A stretch of DNA of 64,000 nucleotides from Vicugna vicugna (lineage: Eukaryota): contig MU058198.1 of NCBI GenBank assembly GCA_013265495.1, positions 248,001 to 312,000 on the forward strand, read 5' to 3'. Of this stretch, positions 40,062 to 52,602 are shown in pieces (within the stretch, counting starts at the first letter, position 1; each line of letters begins with the position of its first letter). The notes under the pieces were generated by a model that saw only the letters and a program-made list of their open reading frames with translations, ran no database searches and was not told the DNA's origin. A program made the position numbers and the translations under genes.

Positions 40062-40464
40062 TGTTGGGCCGATTGACGTCCTTCAGAGTCCGACGACCCC
40101 CCATTCCTGGGCTCTCAGATATCTGACACTCTTTGCTGGGTGTGGTTCCCTAACAGACCAATAGCCCTGGGTAACGCCTACTTTATCAGTCAAACCCCAC
40201 TGCCCTTCATGGACCCTAAACCTCTGACCTCACCTACAACCAATCAGAGACGTGTGCACAAGCCGATCAGGCACCCGGTGACCCTACCTTATAAAAGACC
40301 CCCACAAGCGGCCCTCGGTGCTCACAAAGGCACTCCTCGCCTGTGTGACCCACTGTTGTCTAAAATAAACTCCTTTCTATTCTTACCCTTAACCTCTGGT
40401 AAATTCTTTCACCAACCTGCGTGTCACTGGCTCACTGACCGGCCACCCCGCTGTGTCCACAACA
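40062..40464 (+). mobile_element. Solo ERV LTR (~400 bp), family unassigned
   Basis: Termini TGTTG...CAACA, CCAAT boxes (~40159, ~40241), TATAAAA (~40290), AATAAA (~40364) and a 5-bp flank repeat ATTGA/ATTAA. Confidence 0.8.
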
Positions 40465-40564
40465 ATTAAGACAATTCACATCGTGAAGTCATCATCACCA
40501 TCCATCTCCAGAATCTTTCATCTTCCCAAACTAAAGCTCTGAACTCATTAAACAAGAACCCCTA

Positions 40565-41522
40565 AAATAAACAACCCAATCCAAAAATGGGCAGAAGACC
40601 TAAACAAGCAATTCTCCAAGGAAGACATACAAATGATCAAAAAGCACATGAAAAAATGCTCAACATCACTAATTATCAGAGAAATGCAAATCAAAACTAC
40701 AATGAGGTATCACCCCACACCAGTCAGAATGGCCGTCATTCAAAAATCCACAAATGACAAAAGCCGGAGAGGCTGTGGAGAAAGGGGAACCCTCCTACAC
40801 TGCTGGTGGGAATGCAGTTTGGTGCAGCCACTGTGGAAAACAGTGTGGAGATTCCTCAAAAGACTAGGAATAGACTTACCATATGACCCAGGAATCCCAC
40901 TCCTGGGCTTGTGTCCAGAAGGAAATCTCCTTCAGGATGACACCTGCACCCCAATGTTCATAGCAGCACTATTTACAATAGCCAAAACATGGAAACAGCC
41001 TAAATGTCCATCAACAGGTGACTGGATAAAGAAGATGTGGTATATTTATACAATGGAATACTACTCAGCCATAAAAACCGACAACATAATGCCATTTGCA
41101 GCAACATGGATGCTCCTAGAGAATGTCATTCTAAGTGAAGTAAGCCAGAAAGAGAAAGAAAAATACCATATGAGATTGCTCATATGTGGAATCTAAAAAA
41201 CAAAAACAAAAACAAACAAACAAACAAAAACAAAGCATAAATACAGGACAGAAATAGACTCACGGGCAGAGAATACAGACTTGTGGTTACCAGGTGGGTA
41301 GAGGGTGGGAAGGGATAGACTGGGATTTCAAAATTGTAGAATAGATAAACAAGATTACACTGTATAGCACAGGGAAATATACACAAAATGTTATGATAAA
41401 TCACAGAGAAAAAAATGTGACAATGAGTGTGTATATGTCCATGAATGACTGAAAAATTGTGCTGAACACTGGAATTTGACACATTGTAAAATGATTATAA
41501 ATCAATAAAAAATGTTAAAAAA
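40565..41522 (+). mobile_element. Young 5'-truncated LINE-1 (ORF2 C-terminus + 3'UTR + A tail)
   Basis: The open frame to 41196 encodes the L1 ORF2 C-terminus ([14 protein letters not shown]...[10 protein letters not shown]...WYIYTMEYY). Perfect 15-bp TSD AAACAAGAACCCCTA at 40550-40564 and 41523-41537. Confidence 0.95.
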
Positions 41523-41853
41523 AAACAAGAACCCCTATTCTCCCCACCCCATTACTCTACTTCCTGTCTCTATCGATTTGACTAATCTAAGTACCTCATA
41601 TAAATGGAATGACACAGTATTTGTCCTTTTATATCTTGCTTAATACTTAGCATAAGGCCCTCTAGGTTCATCCATGTCACAAATTCCTTCCTTTGAAAGC
41701 TAAAGAACATTCCGCTATATGTATACACCACGTTTTACTTATCCATTTATCCATCCACAGACACCTGGGTGGCTTCCCCATTTTAGCCGTTGTGAATAAT
41801 GCTGCTATGAACACAGGTGTACAAATGTCTGTTTGAGTCCTGCTTTCAATTCT

Positions 41854-41988
41854 CTTTTTTCTATTTTAATATATTTTTACTGAAGTATAGTCAGTTTACA
41901 CTGTGCCAATTTCTGGTGTACAGCACAACGCTTCAGTCATATAGGAACATACATATATTCGTTTTCATATTCTTCATCGTAAGTTACT
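41854..41988 (-). mobile_element. Short lineage-specific L1 3' fragment
   Basis: Similar to the reverse complement of ~44950-45080. TSD CTGC(T/C)TTCAATTCT at 41840-41853 and 41989-42002. Confidence 0.8.
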
Positions 41989-42832
41989 CTGCCTTCAATT
42001 CTTTTGGGTGTATACCCAGAAGAAGACCTGCTGGATCATATGGCATTCTATTTTTAATTTTCCAAAGAGCTGTTATTGAGCTGTATTTCTTTTTCCCCCT
42101 ACTTCCAATAACAGCCCAATCACCTCAGTGGCCAACTCCACTTCACCTTCCGGAAAGCCTCGGGACCGCACGCTGCTATCTCAGGAGCTGAAAAGCAATT
42201 TCCCCCTTTCTTTTCTTTTCAACTTCAGCTGCAGAAATCACCTGACTGAAAACTGCAGAAGAACCCTCATCCCACACGGGAGCAGAACTGCTCACAAAGC
42301 CCAGCCCACCAGCTAATTACAGGCTTTTACCAGGATTCTCAGCAAACGCTTAAATTGCAGATCAACCTTCTTTTTTGTTCTGAAGTGTTTGGAAACAAGC
42401 TAATGGGCTGGGTTTCAGATCCTTAGCCTGAAGGTGGCAGCTCTTTCCCCTAGTTGATAAATAAAGCAAGTCAGAATTGAATTCAGATTTGAATTCAGCA
42501 GGATCATAGCTTTGCCTGGATAGATACCAGCTCAATTCACAATTCTTTATCATTCCAGCCAGTGGCCTTTATACAAAATGCCACCCCTACTGGGATTTCC
42601 AATCACAGCTGTGGTTCTGAACCCTGACTGAATATTAGAAATATCTGGGTTGCTTTAAAAATATAGATATTTACAGAGCACTCAGGACCCCAGCCTAGTC
42701 CAATTGAATCAAGAGTCTCTGGAGTCCCCTCCAGATCTGGTAACACTTTAAAGCTCCCAGCTGATTTGAAAGTGCAGCCAGGTTACTTAAGGGGGCATGG
42801 GCAATCCTTCCTTCTCCATAAAGAATATTTTC

Positions 42833-43332
42833 TTTTCTTTTCTTTTCGTACTTTTTATTTTTTTTATTATTTATTTATTTTTAATTGAAGTACCATCAGT
42901 TACAATATGTCAGTTTCTGGTGTACAGCACACTGTCCCAGTCATGCATATACATACATATATTCGTTTTCATATTCTTTTTCATTAAAGGTTATTACAAG
43001 ATATTGAACATAGTTCCCTGTGCTATACAGCAGAAACTTTTTTAAAAATCTATTTTTATATATAGTGGCTAACATTTGTAAATCTCAAACTCCCAAATTT
43101 ATCCCTTCCCACCCCCTTTCCCTGGTAACCATAAGATTGTTTACTATGTCTGCAAGTCTATTTCTGTTTAGTAGATGAATTCCTAGTGTCCTGTTTTTCT
43201 TTTTCTTTTTTTTAGATCCCACATATGAGTGATATCATGTGGTATTTTTCTTTCCCTTTCTGGCTTGCTTCACTTAGAATGACAATCTCTAGGTCCATCC
43301 ATGTTGCTGCAAATGGCATTATTTTATTCTCG
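42833..43332 (-). mobile_element. 5'-truncated LINE-1 3' end
   Basis: Antisense ORF2 terminus and 3'UTR. Perfect TSD TAAAGAATATTTTC at 42819-42832 and 43333-43346. Confidence 0.9.
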
Positions 43333-44444
43333 TAAAGAATATTTTCAATGGGCTTTCAACCTGAGGTGAGAAACCAGAGCTAGGGGCCCACAACCCCCAC
43401 CTTTAAATTAGAGAATCAGGTCTTCCACACGAATGGAGAACACAGGAGGACTTGTCTGCTGGGCGCAGCTGATGACTGTCCTGTGAAGTTCGGGGGTCAC
43501 GTGAGAGATGAACAAGGGGTGGGGCTGGGAGTCCCGCTCCAGCTTGGAGTTTCTGCCATGTGGGGGTCACATATGGGATTCAAGAGGTTCGAAAAACCTT
43601 TGCACTGTATACAAAATTTTCTGTCCTTCTGTGTATTTTTCTGGGGATGGTCCTTCAGAGATCCTACCACACTCTCTCCAGCTCTGTCACACACCTCTCA
43701 GCTCTCCCAGGATGAACTGCCTCTGCTTTTTATCACAGTATACCACGTGATGGTATATGATGCAATTATTAAAAATAAAAAATTAGAGCCTTGCCTATCG
43801 GCATTGACCTGGAGGAACTAAACACACTCACAGTTACTGAAACAAAAGCAAGTTTCAGAGTGATGTCCACAGAATGGTCCAGAAACTTCCACAAGAGCAG
43901 GGATTGTGTTTTATTCACTATGACATTCCCAGCACTTGGAGACAGTGTCTGGCACAGTGAAGGTGCTTAATACACAGTTCTTGAATCAATGAATCATTTT
44001 TTAAAGGAGCCAAATCTTCCATATGTGGATGATGTTTGTGTCAACAAGGGAAAAAGTGTGGCGTGATACACACCAGTATGTTAAAAGGGGTGACTTCGGG
44101 GAGAAGGGACTAGAATGGGGGTGAGGAAGAGAGTAAAATTTCCTTTTAATAATAGTTAACTGTTAACTGAAGGCTTGCTCTCTGCTAGGCACCATGCTCA
44201 GCACTGATTATGAAGGGATCTCATTTAATCCACCTAACAATCCTTTGAGGTCTCCTTCCATGGTTATACCCATTTTATAGATGACAAAACCAACACACAT
44301 AGATCTTGCCCCAGGCCACAAAGTCAGGACCCAGAATATGCATTTAACCCCTCTGCTCTTCTGATTCTCCCTCCATACACATCCTTCACTTGTGCCACTC
44401 ACAACAAGCATGTGCTACTTCTAGCATAAAATTTTAAGTAACAT

Positions 44445-45098
44445 ATGCAATCCCACTCCTGGGCATATATCCAGAGAGAACCTTAATTCAAAAAGACACA
44501 CGCACCCCAATGTTTATAGCAGCACTATTTACAATAGGCAAGACATGGATACAATCTAAATATCCATCGACAGATGACTGGATAAAAAAGTTGTGTTATT
44601 TTTATACAATGGAATATTACTCGGCCATAAAAAAGAATAAAATAATGCCATTTGCAGCAACATGGATGGTACTGGAGAATGTCATTCTAAGTGAAGTAAG
44701 CCAGAAAAAGAAAGAAAAATACCATATGATATCACTTATATGTGGAATCTGAAAAAAAAAAAAGACAAGTGAACTTATTTACAAAACAGAAACAGACTCA
44801 AAGACATAGAAAACAAACTTACAGTTACTGGGAGGGAAGGGGGTGGGAAGGGATAAATTGGGAGTTCGAGATTTGCAGATACTAACTAATATACATAAAA
44901 TAGATAAACAACAAGTTCATATTGTATAGCACAAGGAACTATATTCAATGTCTTGTAGTAACCTATGGTGAAAAATAATATGAAAACGAACATATGTATG
45001 TTCCTATACAACTGAAGGATTGTGCTGTACACCAGAAACTGACACAACACTGTAAACTGACTATACTTCAATAAAAATAGAAAAAAAAAGAAAAAAAT
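44445..45098 (+). mobile_element. 5'-truncated LINE-1 3' end
   Basis: ORF 44510-44752 is the L1 ORF2 C-terminus (MFIAALFTI...[12 protein letters not shown]), followed by the 3'UTR and an A-rich tail. Confidence 0.92.
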
Positions 45099-45959
45099 GT
45101 AAGTAAAGTTTAAAAGTGTTAGAACTTTCCATCTGGGCTGTCTCTATGCACCCCCCCACCAAAATCCCCTCCTGATCTAAACATGCAACATTAAGTCCTT
45201 TATTCTCGGTAAGGATGTAGGAATCGGTATTCCATGCTTGGACCCAGGCTTAGTTCAATATTGTTTCCACTGCCTGCTGGCCACCTCCAAGGAGTCAGTG
45301 GAATTACTGTCTTCTGTCTTGACCTGAAACCTTGTGGAGAGGGGGACCCTCATCTGTTGGTAACTCGATCAGGACAGAAGCCATCACAGGCTGTATCAGA
45401 TAGGATCATTACACCTGCTAGGGCAGGCATCCTTCACTGGATGCAGACTCTCTGGGTGACAGGCCTTGAGAAAGCCCAGAACCAGTGTGCCTCGGAGGGG
45501 TCTTGGAGCACAGAACACTTGCAATCTTGGTGATGAGAAGCAATAAGCTTGTGCAGAGGAAGGCTTGCATGCAAGAATTTTCAGCCATGGCCTGCTTTCT
45601 TGGGGGACCTACAGCCAAGGACTCTAGACTAGATCTAAACAGATGAGGGTTTCCAATTACTCTGGAGCAGGACTCCTCCAAGTTATGATGTCAGATCCCC
45701 AAAGCCAGCATTACTTGGGTGCTTAAGGAAATGTGGATCCCTTGATCTTAGGAGCTAGCAAGACCAGAGCTTGAATCCTGATGACCAGCTTGAGACCCTG
45801 GGTGGACTGCTTATGTTTTAAGCCCCAGTCCCCATCTCTGTAAGTTGATGAGGATGATATTGACTTGACAGGGTAGGTTATGATGAATACTAGCAATCAT
45901 ATAGGTGAAGTCTGTGAAGAGGATACAGGAAATAATAACCATTATCTCCATTAATTCTA

Positions 45960-46555
45960 TGTTGTGAAAGGCAGCTTCTAAAACGGCTCCCAATGATCCC
46001 TACCTCTCTGTATTCCTACCCTTGGGTAATCCTCTCCCCTTGCACGTGAGCTGGACTTAGTGAGTTGCTTCTAATGAGTAGAATATGGCAAAGCAATAGG
46101 ATGTCATTTCCAAGGCTAGGTTACAAAAAGGCTGGCTTCCATCTTGTTCGCCCTCTCTTACTCCCTCACTTGCCAACTCTAGTGGCAGCCATCTGCCATG
46201 TTATGAGTTGCCCTGTGAAGCAGCCCATGTGGAAAGGAATTGGGGATAACACCCAAGAAAAAAGTGAGCCCCCCCCCCAGCCAACAGTTTGCAAGGAACT
46301 GAATCCTGCCAACAACTGTGTCAGTGAGCTTGAAAACAGATTCTCCCTCCCCTCCTTCCCAGTTGAGCCTTCAGATGAGACTACAGCCCCAGGCAATACC
46401 TTGATTGCCACTTTGTCAGAGAATCTCAGCCAAAAGCACCCAACAAAGCTATGCCTGGACTCTTGACCCACAGGAACTATGAGATAATAAGTGTTCATTG
46501 TTTTAGGCCACTAAACTTGGGGGTGATTTGTTTGACAGCAATAGATAATTAACAC
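45960..46555 (+). mobile_element. MaLR LTR (MLT1E/F-like)
   Basis: Reads ggcagcttctaaaacggctcccaatgatccc...gaactgaatcctgccaacaac...gagccttcagatgagac...cagcaatagataattaaca. Confidence 0.85.
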
Positions 46556-47114
46556 ACCTAGAAATAGTAGATTAAATTACATATTGGAAATAATAGATTT
46601 AACCAGAGTGTCGCACATGAAGCTTCTACTTAAATAGCATGTCCTCTGGGAAGTCTTTCAAAATCCTCCTGTCTGAGTTAGGTGATCCCACTTTCTCATG
46701 TTTCCCTATTAGACCATAAGCTACTTGAATCATATCATCAGAGCTAACATAGTGAGCACTTACTATTATCTCAAAAGTTGTAAGCCACTTAACCTTCACA
46801 ACAAACCTATAAAGCAAATACTATTATTGCCCATATTTTATAGACGAAGAAACTGAGGCTCAGAGAGGCTAAGTAACTTGCCCAAGGCTTCAGTACTTAT
46901 GTAGAAGTACCAGGAAATCTGGCTCCAAAATTTATATTTGTAAAGATTATAGTGTATAGTTCTATGAATCTTGTCCAAGTCCACAAAAGGTAAGTGAATT
47001 CAAACCCAGGTAGCTGAATACCGGACATGAAGTTCTTAAACATCACCCTCTTGAATGCCTTCTACCTCTAGGACAATAGGCTGAATATGCCTCAATGTCT
47101 GGAATGCTACCTAC

Positions 47115-47270
47115 CTGTAAACACGAGGCTGGCATTTTCCAGTTCTTCTTGGGGAACTTTGAAGCTGAAGGATTCATTGTAGAAAGGATCAATTGTGCCT
47201 CTCAAGAAGGATGTCTTCTTTGTTTTCACAAGCTTGAGTCCATGTACCAGTTGGATTTTCACAAAGGGGT
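47115..47270 (-). CDS. SYT17: Synaptotagmin-17, penultimate coding exon, 156 nt (not in ORF track)
   Basis: The minus strand reads ctcag|ACCCCTTTGTG...GTGTTTACAG|gtaggt and translates (D)PFVKIQLVHGLKLVKTKKTSFLRGTIDPFYNESFSFKVPQEELENASLVFT. Phase 1 at both ends, so it joins the flanking exons in frame. Confidence 0.97.
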
Positions 47271-48824
47271 CTGAGAATTGGACACAGAATTATAGAATGT
47301 TGGAGATCATGAAATCCAGTCTATCCATCTATTCATCCATTCCAACCTCCTACCCATCCTTTACTCATCCATTTTTCCATCCATCCAACTTTCTATCTTA
47401 TCTGACAGCCAAATCACCTATCCATTATTCAAATCTTCATTTTTCCGTCAGTCCGTCCATCTTTCCATTCATCTGTCCAAGTATCTACCCCTCCTTTCAT
47501 TCATCCATTTTCCCATCCATACATTTCTCCTTTTCCCAGGCAGCTGCTTATCTGCTCATCCCTTTCTCTCTTCCTCTAGCCAAGATTTATCGAGCTCCTC
47601 CCACGCATCAGGAATTGCATTCATTTTACAGATGAAGAAACTGAGGACTCAAGACAGGAAATGATCTGCTTAAGTGGAAAGTGGTGGAAGAAGAGCCAGA
47701 CCCAAGGCCTGTCTGTCCTGGTTTTCTATCCTTAGAAACCCATTACCATGTCAGTGAGCCCACAGCCCAGAGACAGCAGAATTACAACTATCATTCTTAG
47801 ATTACAGTTTACAAAGAGATTCATGTGCATTATCTAATTTTGTATTTGTTTAAACAACCCAATGAGATGAGTACTGTTACCACCCCAATTTTTCAGATGG
47901 CGAAATTGAGGCTTATAGAGGTTAAGTAACTTCCCCAAGGCCACATCATTTATAAGCAGAACTAGGATTTGGTGCTAGGCAGTTTGCTTTTGGAATCCTT
48001 AATCATTTTATCATACTGACTCTCCCATTGTGGTGAGTCTGAAAATCTCCAGTCTTAATACCATCCCTTCAAAAACCTATTTTTATAATGTGGTTTTTGA
48101 GAATACAAGTTGTCTTCTAAATTCAGCTGTCACTTTATAACAAAAGTAATTTATTTTAGCTATTGCACTTAGAGAAGACAGTATTTCCACCACTGAGCTG
48201 AAGAGATCCCAGCAACCATGGCTGCTTTCATGATAATATCCTTTGCTGCCATGGGAGAAGCTACATACAGATGGAAAGTAATCTGTTCCATTTCATTAAA
48301 AGTCATGTTTGAATTGGTGTGCTATGAAGTAGACACTTTAAATACAATAGGCTTCTCAGAGCTGGGATTTATGAAGATTTATGGTACATCTGAAATGAGT
48401 TGGGGGAAAAACCTCAGGGTGTGTCCGCCGCTGTCTCAGGTTAGAATGCACGGTCCACGCACGCTACCGCCCCCTGGAGCATGTGGTCTCCAATGCAGGC
48501 ATAGCGTCTAAAAAGGCAACTTCCCAGGGGCTGTATGTGTACAAAGAGGATCTAGATTTCAGTAGTTTTCACACCTGATCTCAGTCAAATCCCACATTCA
48601 AATGCGGTTACTGAGATGGCATCATGTACCTGCCTCCTCCTAAGAGACATCTGATCGTTCTTTCCCTCTTGAACTAACATCCTAGTTCTGGACGCTATTT
48701 TACCCTCATGGGGTCTTACTGTTCAGTAGTATCCAGAATGCAGCAAAAGAAAATCAGGTCCCTTGTGTCAAACAAACACAGATGCCCTGTTAAAGAAATG
48801 GGGGAAGGAGGGCTCGCACTGTAC

Positions 48825-48945
48825 CTGAACCTTGGCTCACATCGGTCTGAAGAAGTTGCTTGGCTCGAATGACATCGACGTTCAGTCTCCCAGCACTTGG
48901 GAGATAATTCAGTGACAGAAGCAGCTCCCCCAGTTCTACCTCATT
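48825..48945 (-). CDS. SYT17: Synaptotagmin-17, third-from-last coding exon (start of C2B domain), 121 nt
   Basis: The minus strand reads tgcag|AATGAG...GGTTCAG|gtac and translates NEVELGELLLSLNYLPSAGRLNVDVIRAKQLLQTDVSQGS, which I recognise as SYT17 C2B. Phase 0 in, phase 1 out. Upstream exons were not found in the window. Confidence 0.97.
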
Positions 48946-49622
48946 CTGCAGAGAAAGGATATGGTCAGGAAGTTGCATTTTTCTTGTATTCCTTTTGTAC
49001 CCACCATGCAGGAAACTGATTCCAGCAGCTCACGAACAGACTTCTGTGGGTGGATCAGCTGACAGTGGGTGCCTCTTTCTTTGACTTCTTTTAGCCTCCA
49101 CTCCCAATTATTTTCTTCCGTCTATCTCAGAAAGTTCATCCTGCTCTAAGGATGTTTAATAGCAGCAACAACATAGAAGTAACAAAAGCATCAATAATGG
49201 TAATAAATGCTACATGTCAAGTACTGTGCTAAGTACTTTACATGTGATAATTAGTTCAGTCTTCATAATGAGTCTGTGAAATGTGAGCATTCCACTTGAT
49301 AGAAGGAAAAACAGAGGCTCCTTCTATCAAGTGGAATGCTCACATTTCACATGTCCAAGGCCACACAGCTAGAAAGCGGCAGTGCTGGCATTTGGACCCA
49401 GGGAGGCTGATTCCAGATACTCTGACCACTAAGCTCTTCTGTCTCCCAGCAGGATACCTGGGAGGCAGACGGCCCTGCAGAGCAACTACCTGGGTGAAAA
49501 ATCTGTTCTCAACCTGCAGGTTGAGTCCACGACAGAGCCCATGCTTCTAGCCCCACCAAGGCAAGCTTGAACTTTTTGACATCCCATGTTAAAGAGTACC
49601 CACTACCACACCTGGGGGAAAG

Positions 49623-49623
<1 letters not shown>

Positions 49624-49658
<35 letters not shown>

Positions 49659-49665
49659 ACACACA
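49624..49665 (+). repeat. (CA)n microsatellite
   Basis: Directly visible, with one interruption. Confidence 0.95.
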
Positions 49666-49848
49666 GTGCGTGACTCCATAATTCCGAAAGTACCAGAAAA
49701 CAGAAGGCCCCCACTTCTCTGTCCCTTTAAAAAAATTTTTTTATTGTAGAAAATTTTAACCATATGTAAATAGGCCAGTCTGATCCATCTCCATATATTT
49801 GTCACTCTTGTGCCAATGATCAACATTTTGCTGGAGGATGTTTTATCT

Positions 49849-50196
49849 TGTCTTAGTCCGTACAGGCTGCTATAGTAACAAAACAGCACACAGATCAGGT
49901 AGGTTATAAACAACAGAAATTTATTTCTCATAGCTCTAGAGGCTGGAAGGCGAGGGCGCCTGCACGGTTGGACGAGGGCCCTATTCAGGTTCGCACACTT
50001 CTCACTGTATCCCTAACAGAGGGCTAGGGAGCTCTCTGGAGTTTTAATAAGGGTACTAATCCCATTCATGGGGGGGCTCCACCTTCATGATCGAATCACC
50101 TCCCAACGGTTCCACTTTCTAACATGATCACATTGGGCACTAGGATTCCAACATGTGAATCTGGGGTCAGGAGGAACACATTCAGACCTTAGGACA
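49849..50196 (-). mobile_element. MaLR LTR (MLT1A-like) within an old L1 fragment
   Basis: Reads tgtcttagtccgtacaggctgctat...aacagaaatttatttctcatagctctagaggctggaag. Confidence 0.8.
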
Positions 50197-50544
50197 TTTA
50201 TCCTCTAACTCGTAAAAAAAAATTTGAGCTGAATATTTTAAACCAAGTCCCAGACATGGTGTCATTTTGCCCATATTTCCTTTAGCATGCATTTCTAACT
50301 GATAAGGACATTAAAGCAAATATTTTTAGTATGGGAAATTTCCAATCATAGTCCAAAGAAGGCAGAGGAAAAGGAACTTCCTCATGGCCACCATCCCTCA
50401 GCTTCAACAATTATCACTGCCTGGCCAATCTTGATTTACCCATACCCTCATTCAACTCCCCATATTATTCTGAAGTAATTCTGAGAAATCGTATTATTTT
50501 ATCTGTAATATTTTAGTTTGTATCTCTAAAAGATAAGATACTTC

Positions 50545-50648
50545 TATCTATCCATCCATTGATCTAGCCACCATCCATCCATCCTTGATCCACCCACCAT
50601 CCATCCATCCATCCATCCACCCACCATCCATCCATCCTTCATCCACTC
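50545..50648 (+). repeat. (TCCA)n degenerate tetranucleotide repeat (similar tract at ~47320-47520)
   Basis: Directly visible. Confidence 0.9.
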
Positions 50649-50839
50649 ACCTGTAATTTCTATCCCTTTTGATGTCAGTCATGTCAACAAAATAATGCCA
50701 AGTGGCAGCTCTAGAACAACGCTCGGTACCTAGTAGATGCTCAAAAAAATGTCTTGACTGGATGAAGAGCCAATCCAAAAGATTTCTGAACTGAGTGAGT
50801 TAGTCCCCAAACAACAAACAATCTTGCACATTAATTCAA

Positions 50840-51140
50840 GAGGTTGCAGACGGCAGCCTGCAGATGCATTTTGTTTGGTCCACATCATATTTACACAGAT
50901 CATTACTTGCTACTTTTTATAAAATTCAAGAATCAAGATTTTTCACACTAAAAAAGAAATCTGGATTTCTTGTTTTTCTTGAAAAACAGAAAGGTCTGGC
51001 AAGGCTGGGCCCACACTCCCACCTGGAAACATCTGGCCACAGTGCAGTGCCCTTAGATGGGACTTGCCTCTGCATGTCATGGGATCCCCACCTTTACAGT
51101 CCTGCTGTCCTGCTCTGGGCATACAAGCTTGCAGGTTTTT
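50840..51140 (+). mobile_element. MER102-like hAT-Charlie DNA transposon fossil
   Basis: Reads gcagatgcattttgtttggtcc...aaatctggatttcttgtttttcttgaaaaacagaaaggtctggcaaggctgggcccac. Confidence 0.7.
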
Positions 51141-51489
51141 CAAAAAGGAATGGCCCACTCAGTTTCCTGAGTAATCAAAGACGTTCAGAGCCCTTTACAC
51201 ACAGTTGTTAGGGGTCTTCTCTTTGTTCTGGAAGGCTGGAAGACTGCAGCAACTCCTGAGCACCACCCTGCAGACATATCTGTCCCCAGGCAAGGAAAGC
51301 TAAGAACTCTGCTGGTGCCCAGGCCAGGGAGAAGCCAGTTCTGTCCTGTGGACTTTGTTCCTCCCAGCTTTGTAAGTCAGAGCGATGCTGTCCCTGCTTC
51401 TAAAACTAACCAGTATCTCATCTCATGATGCAGGTACAGAGACAGGGATCAGGACTCGTAGCATTGTCAGCTGAGCTGCATATGCAGAG

Positions 51490-51698
51490 TAAAACAGATA
51501 AACAGCAAGTTTCTACTGTATAGCACAGGGAACTATATTCAATATCTTGTAGTAACTTACAATGAAAAAGAATATGAAAATGAATATTTGTATATATATG
51601 TATGACTGAACTATTACGCTATACACGAGAAATTGACACAACATTGTAAACTGACTATACTTCAATAAAAAAACTTTTTAAAATGAGTAAAAAAAAAA
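51490..51698 (+). mobile_element. L1 3'UTR fragment with A tail
   Basis: Closely resembles 44895-45080 (agcacagggaactatattcaa...gactatacttcaataaa). Confidence 0.85.
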
Positions 51699-51791
51699 GA
51701 TTCAACAAATCTAGTCATCAAGGGTAGTTTGTTTAGAGATGGGCTCAGTTGAGAAACAATTTGGGTGGCAAGAAATGAGCCTTCGTATAGA

Positions 51792-51995
51792 CAGTGGTTC
51801 TCAACTGTGGAAAATTCTACCCCCAGGGGACATGTGTCAATGTCTGGAGATATGCTGGGGTGGGAGTGGGGGGTGCCACTGGCATCTAGTGGGTGGAGGC
51901 CAGGGATGCTGTTCAACATCCTGCAATGCACAGGACAGCTCCCTCCCTGCTGCCAAAGGATGCTCCAGTCCAAACTGGCAACAGTGCTGAAGCTG
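51792..51995 (+). mobile_element. MER20
   Basis: Reads cagtggttctcaac...ggcatctagtgggtggaggccagggatgctg. Confidence 0.85.
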
Positions 51996-52444
51996 GGAGA
52001 CACCGGACAGACAAGAGAAAGGGGCAGAGAGGTCTCTTTTGTGATAACAAAAATAGTAAATGGCCTCTGACCCAAAAGTTCCATTTCTAGCAACTTACTC
52101 CACATCAGGATGTACCCCCAAGGGTAATGAATACAGTATCATGACTTCCATAGATTCATTGTGGGCCTACTATGTGCCATACATTGATTGTGGGTCTACT
52201 ATGTGCCTGGACTAGGGAGCAAGATGCGGCCCCTGCCTTCATGGTGGCAGAGACAGACAGTAAACAGACTAAGCACTAAACAGAGTACTGAGGGAATTTT
52301 AGAGGATGCTGAGTACCAGGAAGAAAACTCCAGCAGGGTAAGAGAGATGAAGGGCCTTTCTGGGGAGATGGAAATACTGTGCATCTTTATTGTGGTGGTG
52401 GTTACACAGGTACACTTGCCCCCAAAATCAACAAACTATATATT

Positions 52445-52602
52445 TACTTTTCTGCTGTTGTTTTGGTTTTTTTGGGGGGGAGGTAATTAGGTTTATTTAC
52501 TTATCATTTTATTTTATTATTATTATTTTTTAATGGAGGTACTGGGGATCAAACCCAGGACCTCTTGCATGCTAAGCAGGTGCTCTATCACTGAGCTATA
52601 CC
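52445..52602 (-). mobile_element. tRNA-derived SINE (Vic-1-like)
   Basis: Same body as the other copies. TSD CAACAAACTA at 52429 and 52603. Confidence 0.85.

Larger units (their letters stand above)
40470..42062 (-). mobile_element. Older L1M (L1MA/MB-like) 3' region, interrupted by two younger L1 insertions
   Basis: Typical antisense L1 3' text (accatccatctccagaa...; gtgaataatgctgctatgaaca...; tatacccagaag...gctggatcatatgg) continues across both insertions. Confidence 0.75.

Noticed and set aside
40633..41196. 187-aa ORF as a host gene
   Set aside because: It is the L1 ORF2 C-terminus inside a TSD-flanked, 5'-truncated L1.
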